64,000 nucleotides of DNA. It comes from Octopus sinensis. Lineage: Eukaryota. This document shows positions 14,223 to 25,789 of the stretch, piece after piece. The position numbers and the translations under genes are program-made. Position 1 is the stretch's first letter. Every line of letters starts with the position of its first letter. The notes below the pieces were generated by a model that was not told where the DNA came from, searched no databases, and saw only the letters and a program-made list of their open reading frames with translations. Location of the stretch: NCBI RefSeq assembly GCF_006345805.1, contig NC_043010.1, positions 44,206,001 through 44,270,000 of the forward strand, read 5' to 3'.

Positions 14223-15841
14223 TAATAATGAGTGAGTGTGCACATAGCAGTACTTGTAATACCCATTGGTATTTACAATGGTACATGTGGTGATAGCTAT
14301 AATGTTATTAATTATCATAACAATTGTGGGTACAGTGATGATACCAAAGTTATAAAAACAATGACAAAAAAGGAGTTCTATGTATATATGGGCTGTGATT
14401 TTGTCTGCATTTCAAGGCACCTTTTATAATAGGGATTGTTTGGTTTTCCATTTCCATATTCTGGATATCTATATTTCCAGGACAATCATCTCATTTCCTT
14501 GCAATATATATTAATCATCCGTGAAGGCATGTGGCTCACTCTCTCCCATCAAGATGTCCATGTATAAAAAATTGCATCAAACCTGTTCACATCTGATACA
14601 TCTTTTCCAAGCTGTCAGCCATTACTCCCTCCAGTCAAGGCCTTGCTACAGATGTCCATTATTCTCTCTTATCATTGTCTTCCCTATTGCTATCCATTAC
14701 TTGATTTTTCTCTTACAAGCAAACATGTAACTGTCATCACTGTCTTTCTTCCATTACTCTCCATCATTACTATTTCTCTTCCATTACCTTCTCCAGCTCT
14801 CTCTCTCTCTCTTTCATTATCCCCCTCCCTTCCATTAATTCTTCTTACTCCTCTTACTCAACTCATTTTCTCCTATCATACTTTCACTCCCTCCATCAAA
14901 TCATCTAGTTCTCCGGAGAACTCTTTTTTCTAGCAGGACACAAGGTAACACTGTTAATGCTAATTATTTAATAAAATGCACATACTGTAAAGTGGTTGCT
15001 GAACAAGCAAAGACAATGTAGTGGGGTGGAGGATCTTTGAGCCTGCTCTTAGTGCCGGTGCCATGATAGAATACATTGAGTAGACCTTTGTAAAGAGTTT
15101 GGTGTTAACATAATACATAGGTGGAGGTTTCAAATCTCTGCCAGGAAATAAGGGCATTCAGCCATACGAACTATGCCAAAAATGGAAGGCATGAGTGAGA
15201 GATGGTCTATGGTTGAGATAATCCGGTAAATTAATGTCAGTATAGAAATAAATATAACAATTACAGATAGACAGAGAACTAGGGGCATAGGAGTAGCTAA
15301 AGCTCTTGAAATGAAGTTAATGAACTGTTGAGTGGATTCATTTGATGTTGTTGATAGGCTTTGTTGATTTTAAATAGGTGCAAGGATTGGAGTGGTGGAA
15401 GCAACAGTAGTGTTTGACTGGTACTATTTTATCAACCTCAAAAGAGTGAAAAACAAAGTCGACTCCAGAGCAAAAAGTCAGGGAAAAATGTCACACATAT
15501 GCATACATATATACATACACATACATATATACATACATACATACAGACACACATATATACATACACACATACATATATATCATTAATTGAATATATTCTG
15601 TTAGAATATTATACACTGAATTTATAATGAGTGATCTTGGTATAAAATGTCAAAAATATTAATACTATAAAGTATTTAGACATTAATATGAGCGATTATA
15701 TACACTGTATTTTGAAATATTAGTATGAAATTCAATATCAAAAAAATTCATCATGAATATATATATGTCTAAAATAGCATTGTATTAAAAATATATGTAA
15801 ATATATGAAACATGACAGTTTAAAAATTTGTTAATTAATGT

Positions 15842-15931
15842 ATCTTACGATCGTTTCATGAAAGTATTGTCATTATAATGGAACCCATTGTTGATACACA
15901 TGGATAGACAATAATTCTGTTCGTCAGAGAT
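15842..15931 (-). ncRNA. Type I hammerhead ribozyme with intact catalytic core and extended helix II
   Basis: AUCU CUGACGA A-cagaau-UAUUGUC...GACAAUA-cuuuca-U GAAA CGAUCG UA AGAU. All core nucleotides are present, helix I is AUCU/AGAU, helix III is the palindrome CGAUCG and the site is GUA. Confidence 0.75.
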
Positions 15932-16207
15932 GGAGAAGATAGATTTTTATAATGTATTGAATGTTGTTTTAAAATTAGAAGAATATATGAGAAAGTATTT
16001 TTGAAAATAGATTAAAATTTACTGGTTTAGATCTATGCAGGTGGACTTAGGTAATAAAATTTAAAGTTTGTATATATAACCTTGGTAAGTTCATCCCAGT
16101 AATTCATGACTGGTTTTGATTTATGCAGATAGACTTTGGTAAGAAGCTTTCGAGTTTGTATATATATCTTTGTTAAATTCATCTTGATAATCCATGACAA
16201 TTTTGTG

Positions 16208-16302
16208 TAAACAGTACCTTATCCTGCATTTCATATTTGAGATTTAGAAGGATTGACGATATATGTATCTCACATATGGAATGCAGGATAAGGTACTGTT
16301 TA
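16208..16302. repeat. 36-bp inverted repeat / hairpin with 23-nt loop
   Basis: taaacagtaccttatcctgcatttcatatttgagat (16208-16243) versus atctcacatatggaatgcaggataaggtactgttta (16267-16302), 34/36 complementary. Confidence 0.95.
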
Positions 16303-16438
16303 TATATATATGGTTTTAAATGAAGATAAGTTTGATTTGTTTCACTTTGGAAAAGAAGAAACTTTGAAATTTCCATATGCTCTTCCCTCAGGTAACTCCT
16401 TAGTGTCATCTAACAGCTTCAGAGACCTTGGAGTAATT

Positions 16439-17380
16439 CATCATCATCATCATCATCATCATCATTTAACGTCCGCTTTCCATGCTAGCATGGGTTGGAC
16501 GGTTCAACTGGGGTCTGGGGAGCCCGAAAGCTGCACCAGTCCAGTCAGATCTGGCAGTGTTTCTACAGCTGGATGCCCTTCCTAACGCCAACCACTCCGA
16601 GAGTGTAGTGGGTGATTTTATGTGCCACCGACACAGGTGCCAGACGAGGCTGGCAAACGGCCACGCTCGGATGGTGTTTTTATGTGCCACCGACACAGGT
16701 GCCAGACGAGGCTGGCAGACGGCCACGCTCGGATGGTGTTTTTTATGTGCCACCGACACAGGTGCCAGACGAGGCTGGCAGACGGCCACGCTCGGATGGT
16801 GTTTTTATGTGCCACCGACACAGGTGCCAGACGAGGCTGGCAGACGGCCACGCTCGGATGGTGTTTTTATGTGCCACCGACACAGGTGCCAGATGAGGCT
16901 GGCAAACGGCCACGATCGGATGGTGCTTGTTACGTGCCCACAGCATGGAGGCCAGTCGATGCGGTACTGGCTACGGCCACGTTCGGATGGTTTTCTTATG
17001 TGCCACGTGCCACCGGCACTGGTACCACAAGATACAAATTCCATTGATGTTCATCTATTTTGATTTGTTTTGATTTTCACTTGCCTCAACAGGTCTTCAC
17101 AAGTGTCACAAGAAGGAAGGTATGCACAGGTGGACTGACTACGTCCCAGGTAGGGGCCATGGGTTATGGCCTGACTAGTCTTGCCGGGTCTTCGGATGGT
17201 GTTTTTATGTGCCACCGACACAGGTGCTAGATGAGGCTGGCGAACGGCCACGATCGGATGGTGTTTGTCATGTGCCCACTGCACTGACTACGGCACTGAT
17301 GGATTTCTTGTGTGCCACAGGCACTGGTACCACAAGATACAAATTCCATTGATGTTCATCTATTTTGTCTATTTTGATTT
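16439..17380 (-). mobile_element. Young RTE-3'-end-derived element with (GAT)n tail and internal tandem expansion
   Basis: (CAT)n at the left end, followed by ttaacgtccgctttccatgctagcatgggttggacgg...ggatgcccttcctaacgccaaccac. This sequence is shared with 19563, 22455, 33820, 56750 and 60721. CpGs are retained. Confidence 0.8.
16616..16925 (+). repeat. Minisatellite: 5 x 62-bp unit (sixth copy at about 17202-17262)
   Basis: Unit tttttatgtgccaccgacacaggtgccagacgaggctggcagacggccacgctcggatggtg; the atgtgcc anchor occurs at 16620, 16682, 16745, 16807, 16869 and 17207. Confidence 0.95.
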
Positions 17381-18959
17381 GATAACAATCTAAGCTGGAG
17401 TTCCCATGTAAACAGCAAGTTTGACTTGACCTGCAAGATGTGCTCCTGGATTCTGAGAACTTTCTGGTCTAGAGATGCCTGCACCATCATCCTCTTCTAC
17501 TCTACTTTTGCACGACCGCTCCTTGAATACTGTTGCCCACTGTGCACCCCTCCCTCCGATACGAAGCTACTCATTATAAAAGTAGAAGCACTCCAGAGGT
17601 TAATAACAAGAAAGATAGATTGCATGAGAGGCATTGATTATTGCAGTTGACTAAAAAAAACTCAATCTCTACTCTCTCCAATGCCACTGGGAGCACTACA
17701 TCATTTGTGTTATGTGGAAAATATTCTATCAATATTACACAAATGATGTTGGCATCAGTTTTAAAATCCATCCAAGACTTGGCCCCCGTGCTATCCGCAC
17801 ACTACTAAAATCGAACTCGGTACACATAGCAACATTACATCACAATTACTTCAACTGGTTCAGCTCTCTTTAATACCATACCAAAATACGTGAATTAGAT
17901 GTTTTATAACTGATGCCTTTCATATCACCGAGGCTCATAAAATGAAACTAAAACCCCTTTTATAAAACTGACTATATGCCAAGTAAAAAGATATCCTTTT
18001 TGTAGCTATTATTATGAGAAAAATTTACCTTTCACCCACCAGGTTAACAATAACCTGTAAAATATTCAAGTTGAGTCAATTGGCCACAAAACAAAGTAGT
18101 ATTACACTTAGAGGGAAGCAAGTTGTAACAAGCAGTACACCAGAGGACTTAAATTACCTTAAATTTAATTTTGACCTTTCAGCTTATGTGTTAAAACCAT
18201 GTTAAGTAGAAATATGTTTTCTTCATTTCTTCATTCAGAATCAAGAACACAAATACCAGTAAAACACAGGAGTCAAATCACTCTACTACATCCTTCCTCC
18301 CAGAAGTATAACTTTAAGAAAAATATTGATTTTGTCACCTTGTCAGAATCATATCACGAAATGCTAAACTTTTCTTTTCTTTCTCCACAATTTCTTATTA
18401 AGCAATAGAATAGTTTTTGTACCATTTGGAACTGCATTGAAATCTACCTTCTACTTCAAAACGGAAGTACACATATGATTCCATGCACTTCCTTTTCCAT
18501 TACTGAACATACTGAAAGCCATCAAAAATGGTAATAAATCAATAATAGGATAGTCACTTCATCAAAACTAGGTTTCATAGTCAAAGTGAAAATAATTTTA
18601 GAAGATCACTAAAAATACTTAATAGTTAAAAGAAAATGGCATTATAGCGACTCTCATGCATTTTACTATTCTATCATATCTTTACCATGTAACTGTTCTC
18701 AGTTGACTACTCACTTCTTTAATATTACACCTTCCACAAATTTTAATTTTATTTAATTTATAAGAAAATGAATAAAAAAATTTTGTTAACAAAGTACATA
18801 TTAAATCTTCTACCATAGAAAAGTGAGAGGGGACAATAAAACCTATAAGTTCACCATTCTTTACACCGTTGATATATATATATATATATATCAATCAGTA
18901 CATGTTATAACTGCTTTACTTCTTTCTAGGTAAACTGATATCTGGCTGATGAAAGTAAC

Positions 18960-19495
18960 TGGTAGCAATTTCTCTTGAAAATAGACAAAATTTGGCATCA
19001 TGGTGTTAGCAAATACCTGCACAAAAAGGGTTTAGCCACCAAGGACATTAGGGGATGTTCCAGCTTTATCAACAGTGTAAAAGCAGGCAGCTAAATTTAG
19101 GAGAGGAAGGGTGAGACTTGAAGATGATCCAAAGTCTGGACATCCTGCAACTGAGGAAAATATTGATCATGTTTGCCACATGCTAATGGATGACAGGCGA
19201 CTGACAATAAATCAAATAGCCAATGCTACTAGCATATCCTGTGAGAGGATCGAGAATATTCTGCACAGTGAACTTGGCACCACGACAGTTTTTGCCTGGT
19301 GGATGCCACATCTTCTGACACCTGATCAAAAGTGCAGCAGGCTGATCACATCAGGGGAAAATCAGATGTTGTTTGAGGCAGATCCAGCTGGTTTACTTGA
19401 ATGGTCTCTAAGCCAGGATGAGTGTTGGGTTCATCACTTTGAGCCAGAGACAAAGAAACAATTCATGCAGTGGAAACACTCGTCCTCACCCTGTA
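18960..19495 (+). pseudogene. 5' fragment of a second mariner-family transposase
   Basis: ORF 19111-19509 contains EDDPKSGHP, DDRRLTINQIA, WWMPHLLT (WVPHEL-like) and QDECWVHHFEPETKKQFMQW. It is truncated after the first catalytic D. Confidence 0.88.
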
Positions 19496-19562
19496 AAAAT
19501 GAGTTCTGATGTCGATTTGTTCAACTAAACCCTTCAAGGCAGTTCCTCAGCATGACTACAGA

Positions 19563-19830
19563 TCATCATCATCATCATCATCATCGTTTAACGTCTGTTT
19601 TCCATGCTAGCATGGGTTGGACGGTTCAACTGGGGTCAGGGAAGCCAGAAGGCTGCACCAGGCCCAGTCTGATCTGGAAGTGTTTCTACAGCTGGATGCC
19701 CTTCCTAACGCCAACCACTCCGTGAGTGTAGTGGGTGCTTTTTACGTGCCACCTGCACAGGTGCCAGACGAGGCTGGCAAACGGCCACGATCGGATGGTG
19801 CTTTTTACGTGCCACCGGTACGGGGGCCGA
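19563..19830 (-). mobile_element. RTE-tail element copy with a single 62-bp unit
   Basis: (CAT)n tail and high similarity to 16439-16680. Confidence 0.8.
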
Positions 19831-20601
19831 TAAAAAATAAACGATTCCTTGGTATGCTTCTGACGAGAGAAATTCATCATCTATGTTCAAATTCATGTCA
19901 AACATAAGTGATTTTTGTTTGACATGATTAAAGTTCTACTTTTCAGGAGTGGGTGGATGCAGAAGACTGAATTGACCCTATTATATGACTGGTACTTATT
20001 TTATTGATTCAGGATGAAGAAAAAGTATGTCTATTCCAACAGTATTTAATCTAAAACTTGAAAAGACAGAATTAAATGTAAGATATGAATTTGCTTTCTT
20101 CTAAATACAATGCAAATATGTTTTGTAGCTAACAAATTTAACTGCAATACTGCAAAGACTCCATAATGAAGAAATAGATGACCAAATCAAACCTTACAAG
20201 ATATTTGTAATTGCAATTAGAGTACTGTGTCTTACTCGGATGATAAATAACGAATTAGTTGAAATAACTGAAAGATGACCCCAGGGCTGAATAGCAAGCA
20301 AGACTCACAATAGTTTAAATATAAAATCCCCAAAACTACCACTTAAGTGAAATAACTATAACTAGAAAAAAACAGGAGTTACTTCCCCTCTTAAAATAAT
20401 TTTTAGCATTTTAGTTTGCTATTGTCAATATTGCAATTAAAAAAAAAACCGTGCGCGTGAACATACAAATATTGTTACTCTGAATTAATTTAATAAAACA
20501 GAATACCTATATTTATAAGGAAGTGGTAGTCAATTGCATTTTTCAAGTGTAATTTAGACAAATTTAGAAGAAAATAAAACAAAAGACTTTAAATCATCCC
20601 A

Positions 20602-20950
20602 AGGCGTGGCTGTGAGGTGAGAAGTTTGCTTCCTAACCACATGGTTCCGAGTTCAGTCCTGCTGCGTGGCACATTGGGCAAGTGTCTTCTACTATAAACC
20701 CGAGTCGACCAAAGCCTTGCAAATGGATTTGGTAGACGGAAACTGAAAGAAATCCATCGCGTGTGTGTATGTGTCCCATCACCACTTGACAACTGGCGTT
20801 GGTTTGTTTACGTCCTCATGATATAGCGGTTTATAGAGTAAGTACCAGGCTTTAAAAAAAAATGTACTGGGGCTGATTCTTTCAACTAAAAATTCTTCAA
20901 GGTGTTGCCCCAGCATGGTTGCAGTCTAATGATTGAAACAAGTAAAAGAG
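20602..20950 (+). mobile_element. tRNA-derived SINE with CORE-like domain and internal (TG/TA)n. Other copies at 34501-34853, 36027-36195, 37171-37612 and 62934-63250; partial at 7660-7900, 29660-29860 and 42556-42715
   Basis: ggcgtggctgtg.ggt.agaagtttgcttcc.aaccacatggttccgagttcagtcc...ttgggcaagtgtcttctactata...cccagcatgg..gcagtctaatga.tgaaacaagtaaaag recurs across the window. Confidence 0.85.
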
Positions 20951-23143
20951 AGATCCAAAATACTTTGAGGAATTTTTGTCAATTCTACAATATCTCCCGA
21001 GGCACTACTTTCTGTAACCCAATAATTCTAACATGTAACTGCATTAAGACTGGTATACAATTTTTACACACCGAAAACGAATGAAAGAGCTGCCAACTGG
21101 TGGCTGATATTCGGACTCAGAAATATCACAAAAATATCCTAACTCGGGCATTGTTCGTTTGTATGGATTTACCGTATTTAATGGCATAAAAGACGCACTG
21201 GTATATGAGATGCACCCCAATTTCAACAATGCATATTCAGGGAAAAAGTTTTAGTGTATTAAAACTTCTAGTAGGACCAACATTTTTGAGAGAGAGAGAG
21301 AAAATACACAAGTTCAAATACGAAAGAATTGGAACATTTGAACCAAAATAATTTGTGTATATATTCCTGACTGTATCATCTCCCCTTACGTTAAAGTCCA
21401 TTTTGTATGGCATGAACAGGATGACCCCCACCCCACCCAACAACTACGAATTAATGGGGTCGATAAACTTGAAGGCAAAGCCCCCCCCCCTCGTTATGGA
21501 AAAAAATGGAACAAGAATTTGATACGGATAATAGCATCAGAAAAGCTAGCAAGTTGATAATGTGTCAAGAGAACAAAAGATTAACCCAGGAAGAGGAGGA
21601 GGAAAGTTATTTAGATAACCTTGTTGTAGTAAAAGATTAACTTTATAAATGAAAGCAGGTGTTTATGGATTAGATAACAGATGGCTAATCTATTAGAGCT
21701 TAGAGATTATGTTTCCAGTTGTAGACTGTACACCAGCAGAAAAAGACTAGCAAAATAAAGATATAACAAAACAGATGTAACTTTAAAAAAAAAGATAATA
21801 AAAATTAAATTAAAACTGGTTTTAATTTTAGGCGAATGAAATAATTCTATATAAGAAATTATTTCTAGACTTTCTCAGAAACAATTTAAAGCCTTGTAAT
21901 AACAAGGGAGCAAAGATTTGATTTATTGGGTTATATTTTGCCTTGATTCAGTTAAAACACACTCGCTCAATCAGATTGTTCTTATATAAATACTAGTGTA
22001 TTAATAAAGTGTTGGTTATGAATAAATGAATATATATATGGACTACTGTGGAATTAGTCTCATAAGGGATTGTTTTATCAGACTGGGATGCAAATCAATT
22101 TGTCCACGTTCATTATTTAACAATTCATCAGAATAGTTGCTCTTCAACTGCTAATAATAGGAATGGAAGGCTTCTTATTAGAATGTAATCAAGACTTATA
22201 AATGAAACAACTCATTTGCATAATAGTATAAATTACCAGAGTACAAATTTAGAATGGGATATGAATAAATACACTGACTTATACCTGTAAGTATTTAGTT
22301 TTACAGTGAAATCAAGTCTATAAGAGTATTTTGATGAGAGATGGGTAAATCCTGATGATTTAACACAAGAGTTTGCACACTTATCTGTTTAAATATCAAA
22401 CATTATCCAAGACACAGCATCTTAGAGTGAAGAATTTAGGGCCAGAACTAACACCATCATCACCATTTAACATCTGCTTTCAATGCTGACAGGAGCTGGC
22501 AAGCCAGAAGACTGCACCAGACTTCACTATCTGTTTTGGTATGGTTTTTACAGCTGGATGCCCTTCCTAATGCCATACATGGATTTCATTAACTCACATA
22601 CTCTGTGTAATTTATCCTTGATATTGACAAATGTGATTTATTTTTGATATATATCCTGACTGAAAGAGACTAAACAAGGTTGAAATCCTTAACTTTTGGT
22701 AGTCGAATATACATTCTTCCTTGTTGCTCATATTGCCAAAAATATTTTAGAGCAAGATACAAATAATTTATTGACTTGATGTTTTTATTGGTGTGTGCAC
22801 AAGTTTATCTAGGATATTATAACTATCACATAACAGTTACATCTATGTAACTGTTATCTAGGATATTATAATTATCATATAACAGTTATAACATTATATA
22901 TATATATATATACAAACACACACACACACATATATATATATACATACACACAAAATAGATTGTCTGGTTGATTTTGATGCATGAGGTTCTAACAGCATTT
23001 TTTTTCTTTTGTTTTAGCTCTGATGTGAATGTTTCTCATGAGACATTAATCCCACTAATGATTTACAAATAAATCGATAGATTGGACATAAGAAAGGATT
23101 GTTATACAAAGCATTTGACATATTAGTTCAAGACTTTGTCTTT

Positions 23144-23188
<45 letters not shown>

Positions 23189-24969
23189 AGAGAGAGAGAG
23201 AGCTCTGTTGTTGAATAAGCCAAAATCAATTAAAGGATTAGACAAAGTTTGGTGACAATCCACAAAACTAAAACACTTGACACATCATAGTAAAATTACA
23301 CTAAGAAGGCGAAGTGAAACATCTCATTGACTTTCATTGAACCTATAGCCATATTATCAAATCTGTTAATCATGTAAAAAGTATTTATTAACTATTTTGA
23401 AACAAACTATAATGTCTGTTACAAAGAACAAAACAAAAATGATCTATTAAAATAAAAAAGATCCATTACAGTCACATGAATAAGTAATAGCCTCTTAGCT
23501 TGTAAGCTGTTAACCTGCATTCCCTAGTTGGTAGTGCACTGCAAGCATTAATTTTCATTGACAAAATTTTGCCATTAAAAAGATAAAAAAAAAGTTTAAT
23601 AAAACATTAAGAAAACATGCTTGTTATTAACTTCATTAAGCCAACTAAGAAGATATGTTTTTATGATTGCTCTTTCCTATTTCACCTGCTGGAAATAACT
23701 AAATTCATTTTCATCACACTATCTTAAAAAAATAGAATAAAAAGGGCAGGAAGTTAATCTAGTCTTACATGGATACACTAAGTCTAGGAAGAAAAAATGA
23801 CAGTCATGGCCATCAAAGCAGACCTGGGTTAAAGAAAACAGACTATACTAGCTATGAGTGAGAGAAGGTTCCTTGTTAGACTTTTCCTCTAGTTCTTTCT
23901 AACTAAAATGAAAAAACACTAAAAATGTAATAGTAGTAAAGCACTTGATTCAGCAGTCAACTATTTCCAAAAATCTTGTAATTAATTTTCAAATGAAAAT
24001 TATTTGATATCACTGTAATACAATTTTTTTTCTTGAGTAGCAACTGTTATTTCTGATTCGCTGGAAAAATGGTAAATATTTCCTTCTAACTTTGTTTTTG
24101 TTACGATATTTATTCAAACCCTGAGGAATCCCTCTCAACACATGGCTATGATGCTCCCCCACTATGCCAGCTCATGATCAAAGATGCACATATTATCAGC
24201 CACTAAGGGATATGCTCAAGTGGTTAAGGTCAAGCAAATCTGTGGTTTTGAGCAGAATAGATGGTTCTAGAAAATTCTGCATCAGCAACAGAGCACTGAA
24301 TCTGCCTGAAATATAATGGGAAATATGTCAGTTTCAAAACATTGTCCAGGTTACAAGAGCAATGTTTTAATGGAATAGTAGTAATTTCCTTTGATTTCTA
24401 GATATAATCAAATAGGAAATAACAGTTATTAGCCAAAGAAAAATTAAATAAATAAATAAATTTTTATATTGTCCAAAAATTTTTATCAACTAAACTTACA
24501 GTAGCTATCTATTTTGCTTGTTTTTAACTCATATGGGGAGTTTTTGTCTACCAATAAATAACTTGGTTATTAACCAATCAAAGATTTCCACTGTAATATA
24601 TATGTATATATGAAATTATTACTCTATTTCTATTTAGAATGTTGAGCACTCTTCAGTGATATTGTTGAAATGGTTAATACCCAATATGGGCTGTAGTGAA
24701 AGATATAATTATCACATTTTTTCTATTTCTGCTTATGTTTTGTGACAAAAATATGAAACACTAGAGTTTCATAAAAAAAAATGATATTAAGCAGATTGGC
24801 AGTAATGAAAGAAGGTGAACAGAGGCAGTGCAAGAATTCTTTAAATTTATCTAGAGCATGCAAAGATGTACTTTTGAATGGGATAACAGGATGAAAAGTT
24901 ACCAGAATTTAGTGAAAATTTTTTAGACAACAGCAAAATGTAAGAGTCAATGAAAAATGTTATTAAAAA

Positions 24970-25180
24970 GTTCAAGATATGCTTGATGAAAATGTAAGCC
25001 ATAGAAGAGAAATAGGAAGATAAAATAGTGAGAGAACAGAATAAGGGTGTTTTAATAAGTTGGCAATCCTATGTTATTACAAGATTCAAGACGTGCTTGA
25101 TAAAATAAGTCATGGAAGAGAAATAGAAAAACAAAATAGTGATAGAATAAGAAATGAGTGTTTTAAGTTGGCAGTCCTAA
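24970..25180 (+). repeat. Old direct duplication, about 114-bp period
   Basis: ttcaaga..tgcttgat..aaat..ag.cat.gaagagaaatag...aaaatagtga...aagttggca.tccta occurs twice. Confidence 0.75.
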
Positions 25181-25528
25181 GGGCATAGTGTTAATAAATG
25201 GATAGATACCACATCACATGACTAGGCATGCAGCACATCATGCCACTAAAACAGCCATTTTCAGTGTAGCAGTAGCAGTAGTAGTGGTAGTAGTAGCATA
25301 AGTATTTTTCAAGAGCAAGTCATTCCAAAATTGACAAAAAGAGAGAAAACAACATCATCAACAAAAAACAAATAGACAAAAAAAAAAATGAAATAATAAT
25401 TGAATAATTTGCTTGTTGTTGTTGATGTTATTTTCTGATTTTCTTTTGCTCTCTAACTTTCAATCACTTTATACAGTGGTTATTAGGTCAAAAATTGCTC
25501 CATGGATTGTTTTTACTTAAATACATAC

Positions 25529-25789
25529 ATTGGCTTCGTAATTGACCACATTCACATTGGTCTCATCAAAGCAGCAGCCATAGGGGAGTGGGCTGTCCAA
25601 AACAAGACCACTGTCTGTGTGTGACCAGGACAATCCTTCCAAAGAGTCCTGTGACAGACCTATGGATGAATCTTCTATTTCAGTGAAGTTGTGAATTTGT
25701 TCCACCCAAGAATCTCCCATGGCAGGAGGGAAGTCTCGAGCATCATGATAAAACTCTAAGTCATCAGTTTCTTTTTCTTCTTTATCAAA
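25529..25789 (-). CDS. Internal coding exon, 261 nt, phase 0/0: FDKEEKETDDLEFYHDARDFPPAMGDSWVEQIHNFTEIEDSSIGLSQDSLEGLSWSHTDSGLVLDSPLPYGCCFDETNVNVVNYEAN
   Basis: Long pyrimidine tract ending tcttctgtcag|TTT at 25790/25789 and donor AAT|gtatgt at 25529/25528. There are 87 stop-free codons with higher GC than the flanks. Confidence 0.8.

Larger units (their letters stand above)
16310..17880 (+). mobile_element. CR1-clade LINE RT C-terminal fragment, split by an insertion at 16439-17380
   Basis: The left part ends ...SFRDLGVI. The right part resumes DNNLSWSSHVN...WILRTF...FARPLLEYCCPL...VEALQRLITR...LNLYSLQ, typical CR1/L2-group RT-tail motifs. Confidence 0.85.

Noticed and set aside
16641-16670. 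CAGACGAGGC...GCC in the 62-bp unit resembling a hammerhead core
   Set aside because: No GAAA, helix III or helix I follows.
16466-17284. Cluster of long overlapping ORFs (up to 193 aa) and a CRISPR-like look
   Set aside because: These are products of a GC-rich 62-bp tandem repeat. There are no unique spacers and the context is eukaryotic.
21170-21230. taccgtattt...aagacgcac resembling a Tc2/pogo-type terminal repeat
   Set aside because: No matching second terminus was found.
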